Source: Mustelus asterias
Taxonomy: Eukaryota
Direction: 5' to 3'
DNA: 64,000 nucleotides
NCBI RefSeq assembly: GCF_964213995.1
Contig: NC_135804.1
Span: 111,724,001-111,788,000, forward strand
In this document: positions 12,866 through 25,018 of the stretch, in pieces
Layout of the letters: each line of letters starts with the position of its first letter
Position numbering within the stretch: position 1 is the stretch's first letter
Position numbers and translations under genes: made by a program
Notes under the pieces: generated by a model
What the model was told of the DNA's origin: nothing
Seen by the model: the letters and a program-made list of their open reading frames with translations, nothing else
Database searches by the model: none

Positions 12866-13615
12866 CAGCAAACGTTCAATTAGTGTTTGCACATTTGGTA
12901 AACCCAAATTGTGTAAAGAAAATGCACTCTAATATTGAGGCATATACAGCAGAACAATCTATACTGAGTAACCTAAACTCAGTTGGGGCAATGTAGGAGG
13001 TTCCATAACTGGCTCAGAGTCCCTCAAAAAGCAATGAGGATAAAAATCAGTCAGGCTTCTTCATAGGACATTGTGAGAAAATAGTCTATGCAATTGATTC
13101 TAAGAAGTTGCTTCAAATATTACCTGATAATAAAAAAGATTGCTTAAAAAACACTTGGTATTAAACAAAGGTGTCTTTTTGAACAATTTATTTATAAATG
13201 TTAATATCTGATACACAAAATAGAAATGCTACCATTTTAGAATTATATTTAAAGAACAATAAACACAAGTCTATTAATAAATTAAGTACATTCCTCATGA
13301 CTTTCAGCATCTTCCCAAAAAACAATTTTATTTTCTACCCTCCACCCACCAATTGCCCCACCTTTCTGAGACATGTCGCAGGTTAGATGGTGGGTAAAAT
13401 TAACTCTACATAAAACAAATGATGGGCTTTGATCACAAACTCAGACTGCACTGGTGTTAAATTCCCATTTATTACACCAAATATCTTTGTTGCCCGAATG
13501 GAATCACCAGTTTAGCACAAGTGGTTGTCAATTTATGGACAGTTTTGAGCTTTAAACCTAGGGCCACTGGAAATTGGGTTAAGACTGCCTGAGTTTCTGT
13601 CACAAAGGATACTTA

Positions 13616-13750
13616 GGGTGTGATCTTACCTGCTGTTCCCACAACGCTCCTGCTGCAGTGATGCCAGAGAATTTGGCGGCCAGCCAAATCTCTGTTCACA
13701 GCAGCAGGATGGAAAAACCCTGCCAGTGTGAATGCTGATAAGACTCTGGG
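13616..13750. mobile_element. Short MITE-like element
   Basis: GGGTGTGATCTTACC end similar to the 5531 and 2097 elements. Confidence 0.35.
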
Positions 13751-14349
13751 CAGTTAGTTGATTCTTACACTAGATTTAAACCCAAGTGCAAAAAGGAAAA
13801 GAATAGGGAGTAAACTAATATCAACACCCAATCCCAGAATTTTGGGTGCCTACTAACCCTTTCCAGCCATCTCTGCTCCAAGACAGGACTGGGGCATGGG
13901 GACGGAGGGCAGACTTCAGTAAAGAAATATTTCATGCTGCACTGGAAAGTGGCAGGTTGAAATATCTATAAAAGTAACACGGCACATGTTCAAGACTAGT
14001 TAATTTCCTCTCAAGAATGTCAACTATAGCTCTCGGCTAACTTTAAGCAGCAAAGGGGAGAGAACATGCTCCTGGTGAGAAAGAAAGCCATTTGTTTGTG
14101 CAAGAGAGATTGGAGAGGGTGGTGCAATTTTTTAAATGCTGTAGTGTTCAATGGGATCTGTTAGCTCGGTCGACTAGATGGCTATTACGTGGTTCAGAAT
14201 TAACACCAACAGTTTGGGTTTGATTCCCATTCCAGCTCAGATAGACTTGGGACCTGCCTCCTTACCCTGTCCCAAGAGTGCAAGAAAATGACAAACCATC
14301 ACTGACAAAATGAGATTGTTCAGTCAGGAATGATTAAGCGACTGATCCC

Positions 14350-14763
14350 TTTACTCTCTCGAGTTCAGAAGATGAGAAGTGGTCTCATTCAAACGTACAA
14401 ATTTTTTACAGGGCTCAACAGGGCAAATACAGGTTGTTTCACCTGGCTGGGATGTATATAACCAGGGCACATGGTCTCAGAATAAGGGGACGGTCATTTA
14501 GGACTGAGATAAGGAGGAATTTCTTCAGTCCAAGGGTAGTGAATCTTTGGAATTCTCTGCCCTAGAGAGGTGCGTGGAGGTTCAGTCATTCAGTATGTTC
14601 CAGAGTGTGATTGATAGATTCCTACATATTAAAAACATCAAGTGATACAGGAATAGTGCCTGAAAATGGTGCTGAAGTAGAAGATCAGCCATGATCTCAT
14701 TAAAAGGTGGAGTGGGCTCAAAGGGCTGAATAGCTCACTCCTGCACCTGTTTCTTATGTTCTT
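14350..14763 (+). mobile_element. CR1 LINE 3' fragment
   Basis: RTEIRRNFFSPRVVNLWNSLP and CR1-type tail TCTTATGTTCTTA. Confidence 0.8.
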
Positions 14764-15437
14764 AAAAACTGCCAAACAGCTCCGGGTAAAGCATCAGCAG
14801 ATAATGAGCCAAGGACCTGCTTTTGGGCAGAGTCAACATGGCACAAGAGCTCAATATTAAAAAGAAATAGTGCGTCAACTTGAATTAACTTTTAACAGGC
14901 CAAAAATGGAAAAGATTACATTCTCCTGGTGTCCTGGTCAAAATTTATCCCCCATCTATTAAATGCTGATTTATCTGATTACTGTTTGTGGGATATGACT
15001 GCATGCAGAAGTTGCTCCCATGTTTGCCGACATACAAAGTGACTGCACTTCCAAAATAATTACTTGGTTGTGAAATATTTTGGGATATCCCAAGAATGTG
15101 TAAGGTTCGATATAAATCAAAGTTTAATACAAATCCTTCATTAAAGAAATGGAAATTTGGACTTTCTCAATCTAGCAAAATTGCAATTGCTATCTAGGGG
15201 CAAGAAACATGGGGACGGTTAGCAAGATAGTTCTAAAGCTGCACTCAATATGCAAACATACTAAATTCAGATAAAGTTTCCTTTAAGATGCACTTTTATG
15301 AATTCTGATTTCCAGCAGTATGCTCATCAGCATTCATTTGAGAATCTGGGCTGCTCAGCAATATCTATTCTTCCTACTGTCTCACTTCATGTCACATCTG
15401 GTTGGAATACTAGTTTTCAAATGCTTGGGATACCAAG

Positions 15438-15625
15438 CCAACACAGAAAATGCTGAGAATATCCAGCAGGTCAGTCAACATATGTGGAGAGACAAAGATG
15501 GAGTTAACTTTGCAGGCTATAGGCCCACATTAACTCTCTTTTGTTTACTATCTTCACAGCTGCTGCCTGACTGGCTGAAAAAATATTTTCTGTTTCATTC
15601 CAGATTTCCGGTAGCAGCAGTACCA
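15438..15625. mobile_element. Degenerate palindromic PLE-end element (family B)
   Basis: ACAGAAAATGCTG..CAGGTCAG..GGAGAG..GAGTTAAC followed by its imperfect inverse and tail TTCCAGATTTCC. Confidence 0.55.
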
Positions 15626-15681
15626 AGCCATGTTTGTTTGTTAGCCTGGTAACATAGCTCTACTCACAATGATAAAATAAA

Positions 15682-16642
15682 TGTTTGTAATATTTATTAA
15701 TGATCTGGATGAGGGTATAGTTGGGTGGATTAGCAAATTTGCTGATGACACCAAAGTCGGTGGTGTGGTAGACAGTGAGGAAGGGTGTCGTAGTTTGCAG
15801 GAAGACTTAGACAGGTTGCAAAGTTGGGCCGAGAGGTGGCGGATGGAGTTTAATGCGGAGAAGTGTGAGGTAATTCACTTTGGTAGGAATAACAGATGTG
15901 TTGAGTATAAGGCTAACGGGAGAACTTTGAATAGTGTGGAGGAGCAGAGGGATCTAGGTGTATGTGTGCATAGATCCCTGAAAGTTGGGAATCAAGTAGA
16001 TAAGGTTGTTAAGAAGGCATATGGTGTCTTGGCGTTTATTGGTAGGGGGATTGAATTTAGGAGTCGTAGCGTTATGTTGCAACTGTACACAACTCTGGTG
16101 CGGCCGCACTTGGAGTACTGTGTGCAGTTCTGGTCCCCACATTACAGGAAGGATGTGGAGGCTTTGGAGAGGGTGCAGAGGAGGTTTACCAGGATGTTGC
16201 CTGGTATGGAGGGGAGATCCTATGAGGAGAGGCTGAGGGATTTGGGATTGTTTTCGCTGGAAAGGCGGCGGCTAAGAGGGGATCTTATTGAAACATATAA
16301 GATGATTAGAGGTTTAGATAGGGTGGATAGTGATAGCCTTTTTCCTCTGATGGAGAAATCCAGCACGAGGGGGCATGGCTTTAAATTGAGGGGGGGTAGT
16401 TATAGAACCGATGTCAGGGGTAGGTTCTTTACCCAGAGGGTGGTGAGGGATTGGAATGCCCTGCCAGCATCAGTAGTAAATGCGCCTAGTTTGGGGGCGT
16501 TTAAGAGATCCGTAGATAGGTTCATGGACGAAAAGAAATTGGTTTAGGTTGGAGGGTCACAGTTTTTTTTTTTAACTGGTCGGTGCAACATCGTGGGCCG
16601 AAGGGCCTGTTCTGCGCTGTAATGTTCTATGTTCTATGTTCT
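15682..16642 (+). mobile_element. Young 5'-truncated CR1 LINE with an uninterrupted 288-aa RT C-terminal ORF
   Basis: [45 protein letters not shown]; (ATGTTCT)3 tail. Confidence 0.95.
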
Positions 16643-16644
16643 AA

Positions 16645-16800
16645 AGGCAAAATACTGCCCTGCTGGGAACTTGAAATTAAAGTACAAAATGTTGGAAATG
16701 CTCAGTGGGTCTGGCAGCATTTGTGGAGAGGAAAACAAAGTTATCATTTCGAGTTGAATATGACTCTTCAGCGTCGTTAATCCTGTTTCTCTCTCTACTT
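16645..16800 (-). mobile_element. Degenerate PLE end (family B)
   Basis: GCAAAATACTGC..AAAATGTTGGAAATGCTCAG..TCTGGCAGCATTTGTGGAGAG. Confidence 0.55.
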
Positions 16801-17343
16801 GAACGATGTAAGGTGCATCTGAATCAAGGTTAACTGGATGTGAACTAAGTTCCCATTTAAAATAAGTTAAATCAATCTGTTTGCAGTTTCTGCAGTTCTT
16901 TGGACACGGACGCTCAGCATTATTTTTTTGACAGTGTCACTCAGTAACCTGCCACTAGGTGGTGCATAAGCATGGTTGGTTAACTCTATTGATTTTTCTT
17001 CCCTCTTGGTTTGGCATGGGGTCTGACAGAAGAAAACCCTTCACCACCTTTGCTGAGCTCCATATCTGAAGAGAAAATGGAATTTAGCGTATTACCATGA
17101 GTCTATAGCCTTTAAAAACATACTGTAGTGCACTGGGGCTTAGAACAACATGTCAGAAATGTACAACAATTCACTTCTTAATTTATGTAAACAGTTAACA
17201 GAAAGAATATAGAACATTGTATGAAAATCTTCGAAACAACATAATTTATGCTATTCCATAATTAAAAGTCCCTTGAGAAAACTGGAAATTTTCCAGAGAA
17301 AGGCATTTCTTCAATAAACAATTTGTTTTTCTTAATCTTCACA

Positions 17344-17462
17344 TCAGAGGTCGATTTTTTCCTCATATGCACACTTGCACGAGGCCCCCTGACTGTCCAG
17401 GTAGGGTTTGCATCCCAAATGCATAACAGCATTGAAAAGTAATTCTACAGCACGATCACAAG
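17344..17462 (-). CDS. PLA2G12A: Group XIIA-type secreted phospholipase A2, last coding exon
   Basis: tttttgtag| (A)CDRAVELLFNAVMHLGCKPYLDSQGASCKCAYEEKIDL*; matches the C-terminus of PLA2G12A. Confidence 0.93.
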
Positions 17463-19116
17463 CTACAAAAAAATAGAAAAATAAAATTAGGCTTATTCCT
17501 TAGAAGCAATTAACATTAAATAAAAATAACTGCTTTTAAATAGAAATAAGGACAGTGGATTTGGAATTTCTACTCTCAATGCGTGATCAGGATTTTAAAT
17601 AATTTTATCTAATTACGGCTCAAAGTTCTCACGTGTATTTGTTCATGACACAGCTTTCCAAATTTTAGCATGGCAATATAACTGGTTGGAAAACACTGTG
17701 CTGCATATTGTAATATCATAATGAAAACAATACTCTGCCTCTTCAATTCAAAATGACTATACTACCCTCTGTAAAGCAAAAATTTTGATGCACTTGACCT
17801 ACATGCCATACTTCTGAAAATAACATTACATCCAACCCACAAAACTGAATTAATTCAGTATCAAGGATAACATTTCTTTGAACTTGTCTTCTCACGATTG
17901 CCTTGTCTCTAACGGAAAACTGCGCATGTTCCCATAAATTTAAGTTCAGTTGCAATTGTAAAATTAAGTATACATAGACTTTGGTGTACCTTACTAAACC
18001 AGACTCAGACATATGTTGTGTGAGACCTTTTAAACTTCATCACTATCTGTAGAGACAACCATGCTTTAAATTTAAAAATAGGCTTTGATATACTGATTGT
18101 ATTATTTAATTAGTGGTTTTCAAAGTCTAAAGCCACATCCCAGTGACTTGGGATCACAGTAAAAGATGGCTTCACATTTGCATTACTGTACCTTCTGCAT
18201 TCCAAAAACACAAACATAAAACAACTTGTCTACAAAGTTGCACCAGGAACAATGGTCTTGGAGGTGTATGAATGAGGGCCATCACCTGTCACATTAGCAA
18301 AGCATCCAGATATTCACCTGGCCTCTCAACTGGCTGGAGACAAACCATTAGACATAGTCAATTGGACAATGTGACTCTGGATGAGAAAGGGATTCCCAGC
18401 CATGATGTAATCAAATTACAACTGGAATATACTGGCCATGACCATATTTGGGTCACTGTGCATTTGGAGGGAGGATCATGTGACAAGCCAACCATCTGCA
18501 TTTAAGCATCTTCTTTCTGCAGATCAGCTCAAGCAACTGAGATGCTGAAGGAACAAGACCTTGAATGGGACTCCCACTCTCAATTTCTCCACCCACGAGC
18601 AAATTTTGAACCCTTCTGCTGCTTTTCGACCCATGCAGCTATCTTCAGAAGAATAGATAAATTGTCCAACTACAGTTTAAACTGCCTTGATGCTAAAACC
18701 AGCAGGACCGAGTGACAGCAGCAAGACTACCTAGTTCAGCCTGAAGCTAGCCAAGTTTCCAACCTACAGGATCCCTATACTCTTTAATTTTACCGGACTT
18801 TAAAATGCTTAATCTATCCTCACACTGTAATCCAGTCATGTGTGTACGAACTTCCAGTGTATGTGTGAGAAAGCCGGAGCATTTTTATTATTTTTAGTAG
18901 TTTTTTTAAGCCGGGTTAACTACAATAAAAACCATCATCTTTTCTTTTTAAAAGCTCAAGAAAACCTGTCTGATTGTATCTCTCATGGTCACAGCACACA
19001 AACAGTTAAGCACTCTCAGAATTGACAAACGTATCCTTTTTTTAAAAAACCTGTTAAGATTAAATGAGTGGGAGAGGGGAACCATTTAACCCTCCTCACT
19101 TGGTCATACAGCAACT

Positions 19117-19186
19117 TCCTCTTAGTGTAGTGGTTAGTATCCCACTTGTCACGCGGGAGACTGGGGTTCAATTCCCCATCGGAGAG
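19117..19186 (+). pseudogene. tRNA-Asp(GTC) pseudogene
   Basis: TCCTCTTAGTGTAGTGGTTAGTATCCCACTTGTCACGCGGGAGACTGGGGTTCAATTCCCCATCGGAGAG aligns to vertebrate tRNA-Asp-GTC with two 1-nt deletions and CpG decay; no oligo-T terminator. Confidence 0.85.
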
Positions 19187-19226
19187 CTGCCAAGTTCCAT
19201 GACAGTGGACTACGGTGTCTGTTTGA

Positions 19227-19779
19227 GTGGCACAGTGGTTAGCACTGCTGCCTCACAGCGCCAGGGACCCAGGTTCAATTCCCAGCTTGGGTCACTTGTC
19301 CCTGTGTCTGCATGGTTCCTTCCCACAGTCCCAAGCTGTGCAGGTTAGGTGGATTGGCCATGCTAAATTGCCCCTTAGTGTCTGGGGGACCAGCTGGGGT
19401 AAATGCATGGGGTTATGGGGATAGGGCCTGGGTGGGATTGTGGTCAGTGCAGACTTGATGGGCCGAATGGCCTCCTTCTGCACTGGATGATTCTATGATC
19501 AGTTACTTGGGTCACTGTCTGTGTGGAGTTTGCACATTCTCCTCGTGTCTGCGTGGGTTTCCTCCGGGTGCTCCAGTTTCCTCCCACAGTCCAAAGATGT
19601 GCAGGTTAGGTTGATTGGCTATGCTAAAATTACCACTTAGTGTCCTGGGATGCGTAGATTAGAGGGTTAAGAAGTAAAATATGTAGGGATATGGGGGTAG
19701 GGCCTGGGTGGGATTGTGGTCGGTGCAGACTCGATGGGCCGAATGGCCTCTTTCTGTACTGTAGGGTTTCTATGATTTC
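19227..19779 (+). mobile_element. Two tandem HE1-type V-SINEs (19227-19499; 19506-19779)
   Basis: First copy has an internal deletion; second lacks the tRNA head. Confidence 0.88.
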
Positions 19780-19844
19780 TTCAAACTGAAACATATACAC
19801 TCCAAGTGTAGAAGACAAAAGTTCAAGTGAAAATATCAGCCATG

Positions 19845-20240
19845 ATTTGGTAGCAAGCCCTTGCCTCAGATTCAGAGGTTGTGGGTCCCACACGAGAGAT
19901 CTGATCTAGGTTGATATTTCAGTACTACCCTGAGGGGGTGCAAAGATTCGGTTTCTCAAATGAGATGTTAAAATAGGACCCTGTTTGCTCTTGCAGATAG
20001 ATTTACAAGATTACAATTTGAGTAGTAATGAACGTCTCCTGGTGTCCCAGCCAATGCTTATTTCTCAAGCAACATTAAAAAAATAGATTACCTGGTAATT
20101 TATCTCACTGCTGCTTGTGGGGCCTTGCTTTGTGCAAATTGACTGTCAAGTTTGGCTAAATTCAAACAAGTATTTTATTGGCTGTGAACTATTTTAGGAT
20201 GCCTGGAGGATGTGAAAGCGTCTATATAAATGCAAGTTTA
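19845..20240 (+). mobile_element. Old Deu-domain-type (SacSINE1-like) SINE
   Basis: tRNA-like head, CTCCTGGTGTCC..GCCAAT core, CTATATAAATGCAAGTT tail; homologous to 42455-42840. Confidence 0.55.
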
Positions 20241-21014
20241 TTTTTATGACTTAGTGACTTCTTAGAGTAAAGAAGAGAATGTTAGATACCATTTAGCCCA
20301 AAAAATTCGTAATCTGATCTTTTCATTTATAAAACAAGCAAAACAGGAGTGGGATTTCAAGCTGGGAAACCCTCTCCATGTGTAAACATTTGACAGAAGG
20401 GTCACCTACCCAATAAAAATGTATTTTTATTTTGTGTTGCAACATGAATTGCACAAAGCTGTCATGTTGGGTACCATGGTTGGGAAAGACTTACTGTGAT
20501 CATAGGAGTCTGGTCAGGCCACACCTTGAATACTTCTTTCCGTTCTATTACATATATTGCAAGAAATAAGGGAATTTTTCCAAAAGCTGGCATCAATGCA
20601 GAGAAAAGCCACAAGGCTGATCAGAAGGCAGCGGAGGAAACATGTTCAGACTAAGGAGGTCATTTTGGGACCGACATTATTCAATTTATGTGAAGAATTT
20701 CCTAGAGTGTATAAGACTGCCAGATAAAGTAGCAAAAAACCTGGTAGTCACCTTGGATGTCGATCCTCATGGGCTGATATACAAATATAAGGTATGGTAC
20801 AAGTCCAAACTGAAGTCAGGATGTTACCAATACTGGATGAGGAGGAACGCCAGACAACAGGATAGGAAACAGATAACTGTTAAAGAGTGTTTAATTCAGT
20901 CATTGTAGTTTAATTGGCAAGCACTTCACTGGGTGTATATAAAGGGGAAACAGGTGAGATAATGTGAGTTTCATGTCAATGTGAATAAAGATCTGTAGAG
21001 AAAACTTGATTTTC

Positions 21015-21162
21015 GTAGAATCCATAGAATCCTATAGTGCAGAAGGAGGCCATTCAGCCCATCGAGTCTGCACCGACCACAATCCCACCCAGGCCCTATC
21101 CCCATACATTTTCCCTAGCTAGTCCCCCTGACACTAAGGGGCAATTTAGCATGGCCAATCAA
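21015..21162 (-). mobile_element. HE1-type V-SINE 3' fragment
   Basis: Reverse complement of the HE1-type tail. Confidence 0.8.
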
Positions 21163-21370
21163 CATATCCGAACTGATAACAAATTTTCTGTCTGTTCATT
21201 ACTTACTAGCCATAGGAATTTAACAAAAAATGCATATGAAGCTTCCATGTACCACACCAAAGCATTTGTAGCCCTTTATGGCTATTTCTTATGAATGGTA
21301 TAAACACATCTTCAGCAGTAACAGCTTTCTACTGAGAGCAGTGAGCAGCAAATGATTTACTTGCACTTGC

Positions 21371-21536
21371 CTTGTACAGTCGAATCCATTCCTAATGTTT
21401 TCTGTACATTTCTGCAGATTGTGGACAGGCAATACTGAAACACTCCATCACAGTCCTGTTTAGTGTTACCACAAGTATCATAACAACGATCATGCTGATT
21501 GCAGCATTTTGTCATTGAAGGAATGCCCACGTCCAG
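21371..21536 (-). CDS. PLA2G12A: Group XIIA-type PLA2, coding exon 3 (catalytic His-Asp)
   Basis: atag|LDVGIPSMTKCCNQHDRCYDTCGNTKQDCDGVFQYCLSTICRNVQKTLGMDSTVQ; 166 nt; donor AAG|GCAAGT. Confidence 0.95.
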
Positions 21537-22874
21537 CTATTTATAAAAAATGGACATAAATGTGAATGAGAGTGGGTAGTATCACATGATAAAATCTGCA
21601 GTCAACAATAAAGATGGAAAACGTTGGCCCTCAGTATGTTCTAATACCAAAAACTGATCATAGGCAGCGCTTGGTGGTTACAACCACAGACATGACGGGC
21701 AGCAGTTGTGAAACAAAAAGATAGCACGGGCAAATTTGGATTCTATCTTTTACTTATTTAACTGGTGTCACTTTTAGACCCTCACACCTCTTAACTTCTA
21801 CCACACTCTTCAGCCAATCAATTTTCTGAAAGAGGAATAGAAACATGGTTACTAACTCTAATCAATAAGCGACATGAAGAAAATAGGGCAGAGAGAGGAG
21901 CAGGATGAGATGGATGTAGATAGATGTGGCAATTTTTCTCCCCTCTTCTCCCTGCAATCTCTTTTTAGGATCCGGTTCTATGGACACCAGCAATCCTTTA
22001 GCATGTTGCCCAAGCATTTATTCTTTGTGTGTGAGCCCTATCAGTTATACAACCAGGGAGGGATGACAGATGACCTCGATCCACAATTTTATTCTCCCCA
22101 TTTTCAAGTAAAAGTTACTAAACAGTAATCAGAATCTAGAACCCAGGCTTCTCGGAACCCACTTCTTGTTCCATAAGATCAAATTTCAATTGTAGCGAAG
22201 TCAATAGAAACATAAAGCTTAAAACTGCGACATTCTGATATGTATGGATCAGAGTAATGCTTTTTACAGGAACCTTCCTTAATATTTTATTTATTGAAAT
22301 GTCAGACATAAAATTGTGAGATCCTCTAATTGATCTTCTTTGTTCGTGACATAACTTTAATACCTTGCTATTCTTTCTCTTCACCTTCCCCTTGCCAGGG
22401 GTTTCATTCTTCCCTCTCTCTACCCTCACCACCCCAAATAAATCAAGTTGGCAGTCCCTCCATCTCTAACGGAAACATTTTGTGACTGGTTAAGTTGCAC
22501 TCTTCCTTCATTCTCTATCTTTTTCTGTGAGGGAGAAGTTTGCCCAGAACATTCGGTCAAGCCTTTACAAGAATCTGTATTTATGTAGCTTGTTTAACAT
22601 AACCAAATACCCAGAGTGTTTCACATGACAGCAGGAATAAAAAAAATTAGGAAAGTTGACTAACAGCACAAAGACTCATGAGAAGATGTATATCTCATGG
22701 ATTAAAAGGGACAGTAGCAACATAGGAACAACATTGGCTGAGTAATAAGAATGGATATTTTTCAGGCTGGAGGAAGGTTTGCAGTGGAGTTTCCCAGGGA
22801 TCAGTATTGGGCCCTTGCTTTTCCGGATATATTTTAATGACCTAGATCTTGGTGTGCAGGGGATGAATTACGAT

Positions 22875-23177
22875 GCAGTGGCATAGTGGTTAGCACTGCT
22901 GCCTCATAGCACCAGGGACCCAGGTTCGATTCCCAGTTTGGGACACCGTCTGTGTGAAGTCTTCACGTTCTCCCTGTGTTTGCATGAGTTTCCGCCTGGT
23001 GCTCCAGTTTCCTCCCACAGTCCGAAAGATGTGCTGGTTAGGTGCATTGGCCATGCTAAAATTCTCCCTCAGTGTACCCGAACAGGCGCCGGAGTGTGGC
23101 AACTAGGGATTTTCACAATAACTTCATTATAGTGTTAATGTAAGCCTACTTGTGACACTAATAAATAAACTTAAACT
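22875..23177 (+). mobile_element. V-SINE, alternative-tail subfamily
   Basis: Same head and tail as 4008-4290. Confidence 0.85.
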
Positions 23178-23194
23178 TTAAAACAATTTCAAAG

Positions 23195-23860
23195 TTTTCA
23201 ATTTGATTGTGTGAATCACATGTATTAGGACACAGTGAAAAGTATTGTTTCTTATGCGCTATACAGACAAAGCATACTGTACATAGAGAAGGAAAGGAGA
23301 GAGTGCAGAAATGTAGTGTTACATTCATAGCTTGGGTATAGAGAAAGATCAACGTAATGCAAGGTAGGTCCATTCAAAAGTGTGATGGCATCAGGGAAGA
23401 TGCAGCAGGGAAGAGTCGGTTGGTACGTGTCCTCAGACTTTTTTATCTTCTGCCCAATGGAAGAATGGAAGAGAGTATGTCTGAGGTGCATGGGGGTCCT
23501 TAATTATGCTGGCTGCTTTTCTGAGACAGCGGGAAGCGTAGACAGTGTCAATGGGTGGGAGGCTGGTTTGAGTGATGGACTGAGCTTCGTTTACGACTCC
23601 TTGTAGTTTCTTGCGGTCTTGGGCAGAGCAGGAGCCACACCAAGCTGTGATACAACCAGAAAGAATGCTTTCTATGGTGCATCTGTAAAAGTTACTGAGA
23701 ATCGTAGTTAACATGCCAAATTTCCTTTGTCTTCTGAGAAAGTAGAGGTGTTGGTGGGTTTTCTTAACTATAGTGTCGGCATTGCGCGGGGGGGGGGGGG
23801 CACGCGCGGCGCGGTGTGTGTGTGTGGGGAGAGACCAAGGCAGGTTGTTGGTAATCTGGA
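23195..23860 (-). mobile_element. Rex1/Babar-like LINE 3' fragment
   Basis: KKTHQHLYFLRRQRKFG..FYRCTIESILSGCITAW.G...QDRKKLQGVV. Confidence 0.8.
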
Positions 23861-24670
23861 CACCCGAAAAGTTTGCGAATGATACAAGACTTGGAAGCAT
23901 TGTAAACTCCGAGGAGGACAGTGTGGAACTTCAAAAGGACATAGACAAGTTGGTGGAGTAGGCAGATAGGTGGCAGAAGAAATTTAATGCAGAAAAGTAT
24001 GAGGTGATTTATTTTGATAGGAAGAACATGGAGGGGCAAGATAAAATAAAGGGTACAACTCTAAAGAGCGCGTAGGAGCAGAGGGTCCTGGTTGTATAGG
24101 TGCATAAGTCATTAAAGGTGGCAGGACATATGGAGAGAACAGTTGATAAAGTATTCACTATCCTAGGCTTAATTAACAGGGGCATAGTACAGTCCAAGAG
24201 TAAAGGAGTTATGCTGAACTTGTATAGGACACTAGTTAGACCTCAGTTGGAGTATTGTGTACATTTCTGGGCGCCACACTATGGGAAGGATGTGAGTGCT
24301 TTGGAGGGAGTGCAAAAATGGTTTCAGGGATCAGAAACTTCAGTTATGAAGATAGATTGGAGAAGTTGGTGCTGTTCTCCTTGGAGAGAAGAAGGCCAAG
24401 AGAAGATTTGATAGCGATGCCCAGTCCCTTGTGATTTTTGATAGAGTAGGTAGGGAGATTAACTTGTAAAAATCTGACCAATTTGAGGAGACTTTTAATG
24501 GCCAAAAAGCTGTAGGCAAATTTAGTGAGGGAATATCAAATGGAAGGGCTGAGACAACAGAAATTTTTTCATCAAATGAAGAACATGAACTAACGAAGGG
24601 TGTAAATTAGAGGATACTAAGGGCTAGAGCTGGATGACCACAGTGCATGATATGGGACATATAACTAGAG

Positions 24671-25018
24671 GAAGCGGCACGGTAGCACAGTGGTTAGCAC
24701 TGCTGCTTCACAGCTCCAGCGACCTGGGTTCGATTCCTGGCTTGGGTCACTGTCTGTGTGGAATTTGCACATTCTCCGTGTGTCTGCGTGAGTTTCCTCC
24801 GGGTGCTCCGGTTTCCTCCCACAGTCCAAAGATGTGCAGGTTAGGTTGATTGGCCATGCTAATATTGCCCCTCAGTGTCTTGAGATGCGTAGGTTAGAGG
24901 GATTAGCGGGCGAAAGTGTATGGATATGGGGGTAGGGCCTGGGTGGGATTGTGGTCGGTGCAGACTCGATGGGCCAGATAGCCTCTTTCTGCACTGTAGG
25001 GTTTCTATGATTCTATGA
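24671..25018 (+). mobile_element. Full-length HE1-type V-SINE
   Basis: A box, B box (GGTTCGATTCC), V core and CR1-like tail. Confidence 0.92.

Larger units (their letters stand above)
22680..24440 (+). mobile_element. CR1 LINE RT fragment split by nested insertions (22680-22866 and 23868-24440)
   Basis: [13 protein letters not shown] on the left continues as KFANDTRLGSIVNSEED on the right. Confidence 0.8.

Noticed and set aside
17743-18046. 89-aa minus-strand ORF with a nearby acceptor-like site in the last PLA2 intron
   Set aside because: No recognisable protein similarity; the gene is complete without it
24671-24750. SINE heads as tRNA genes
   Set aside because: They continue into the V-SINE core and tail and lack a proper cloverleaf
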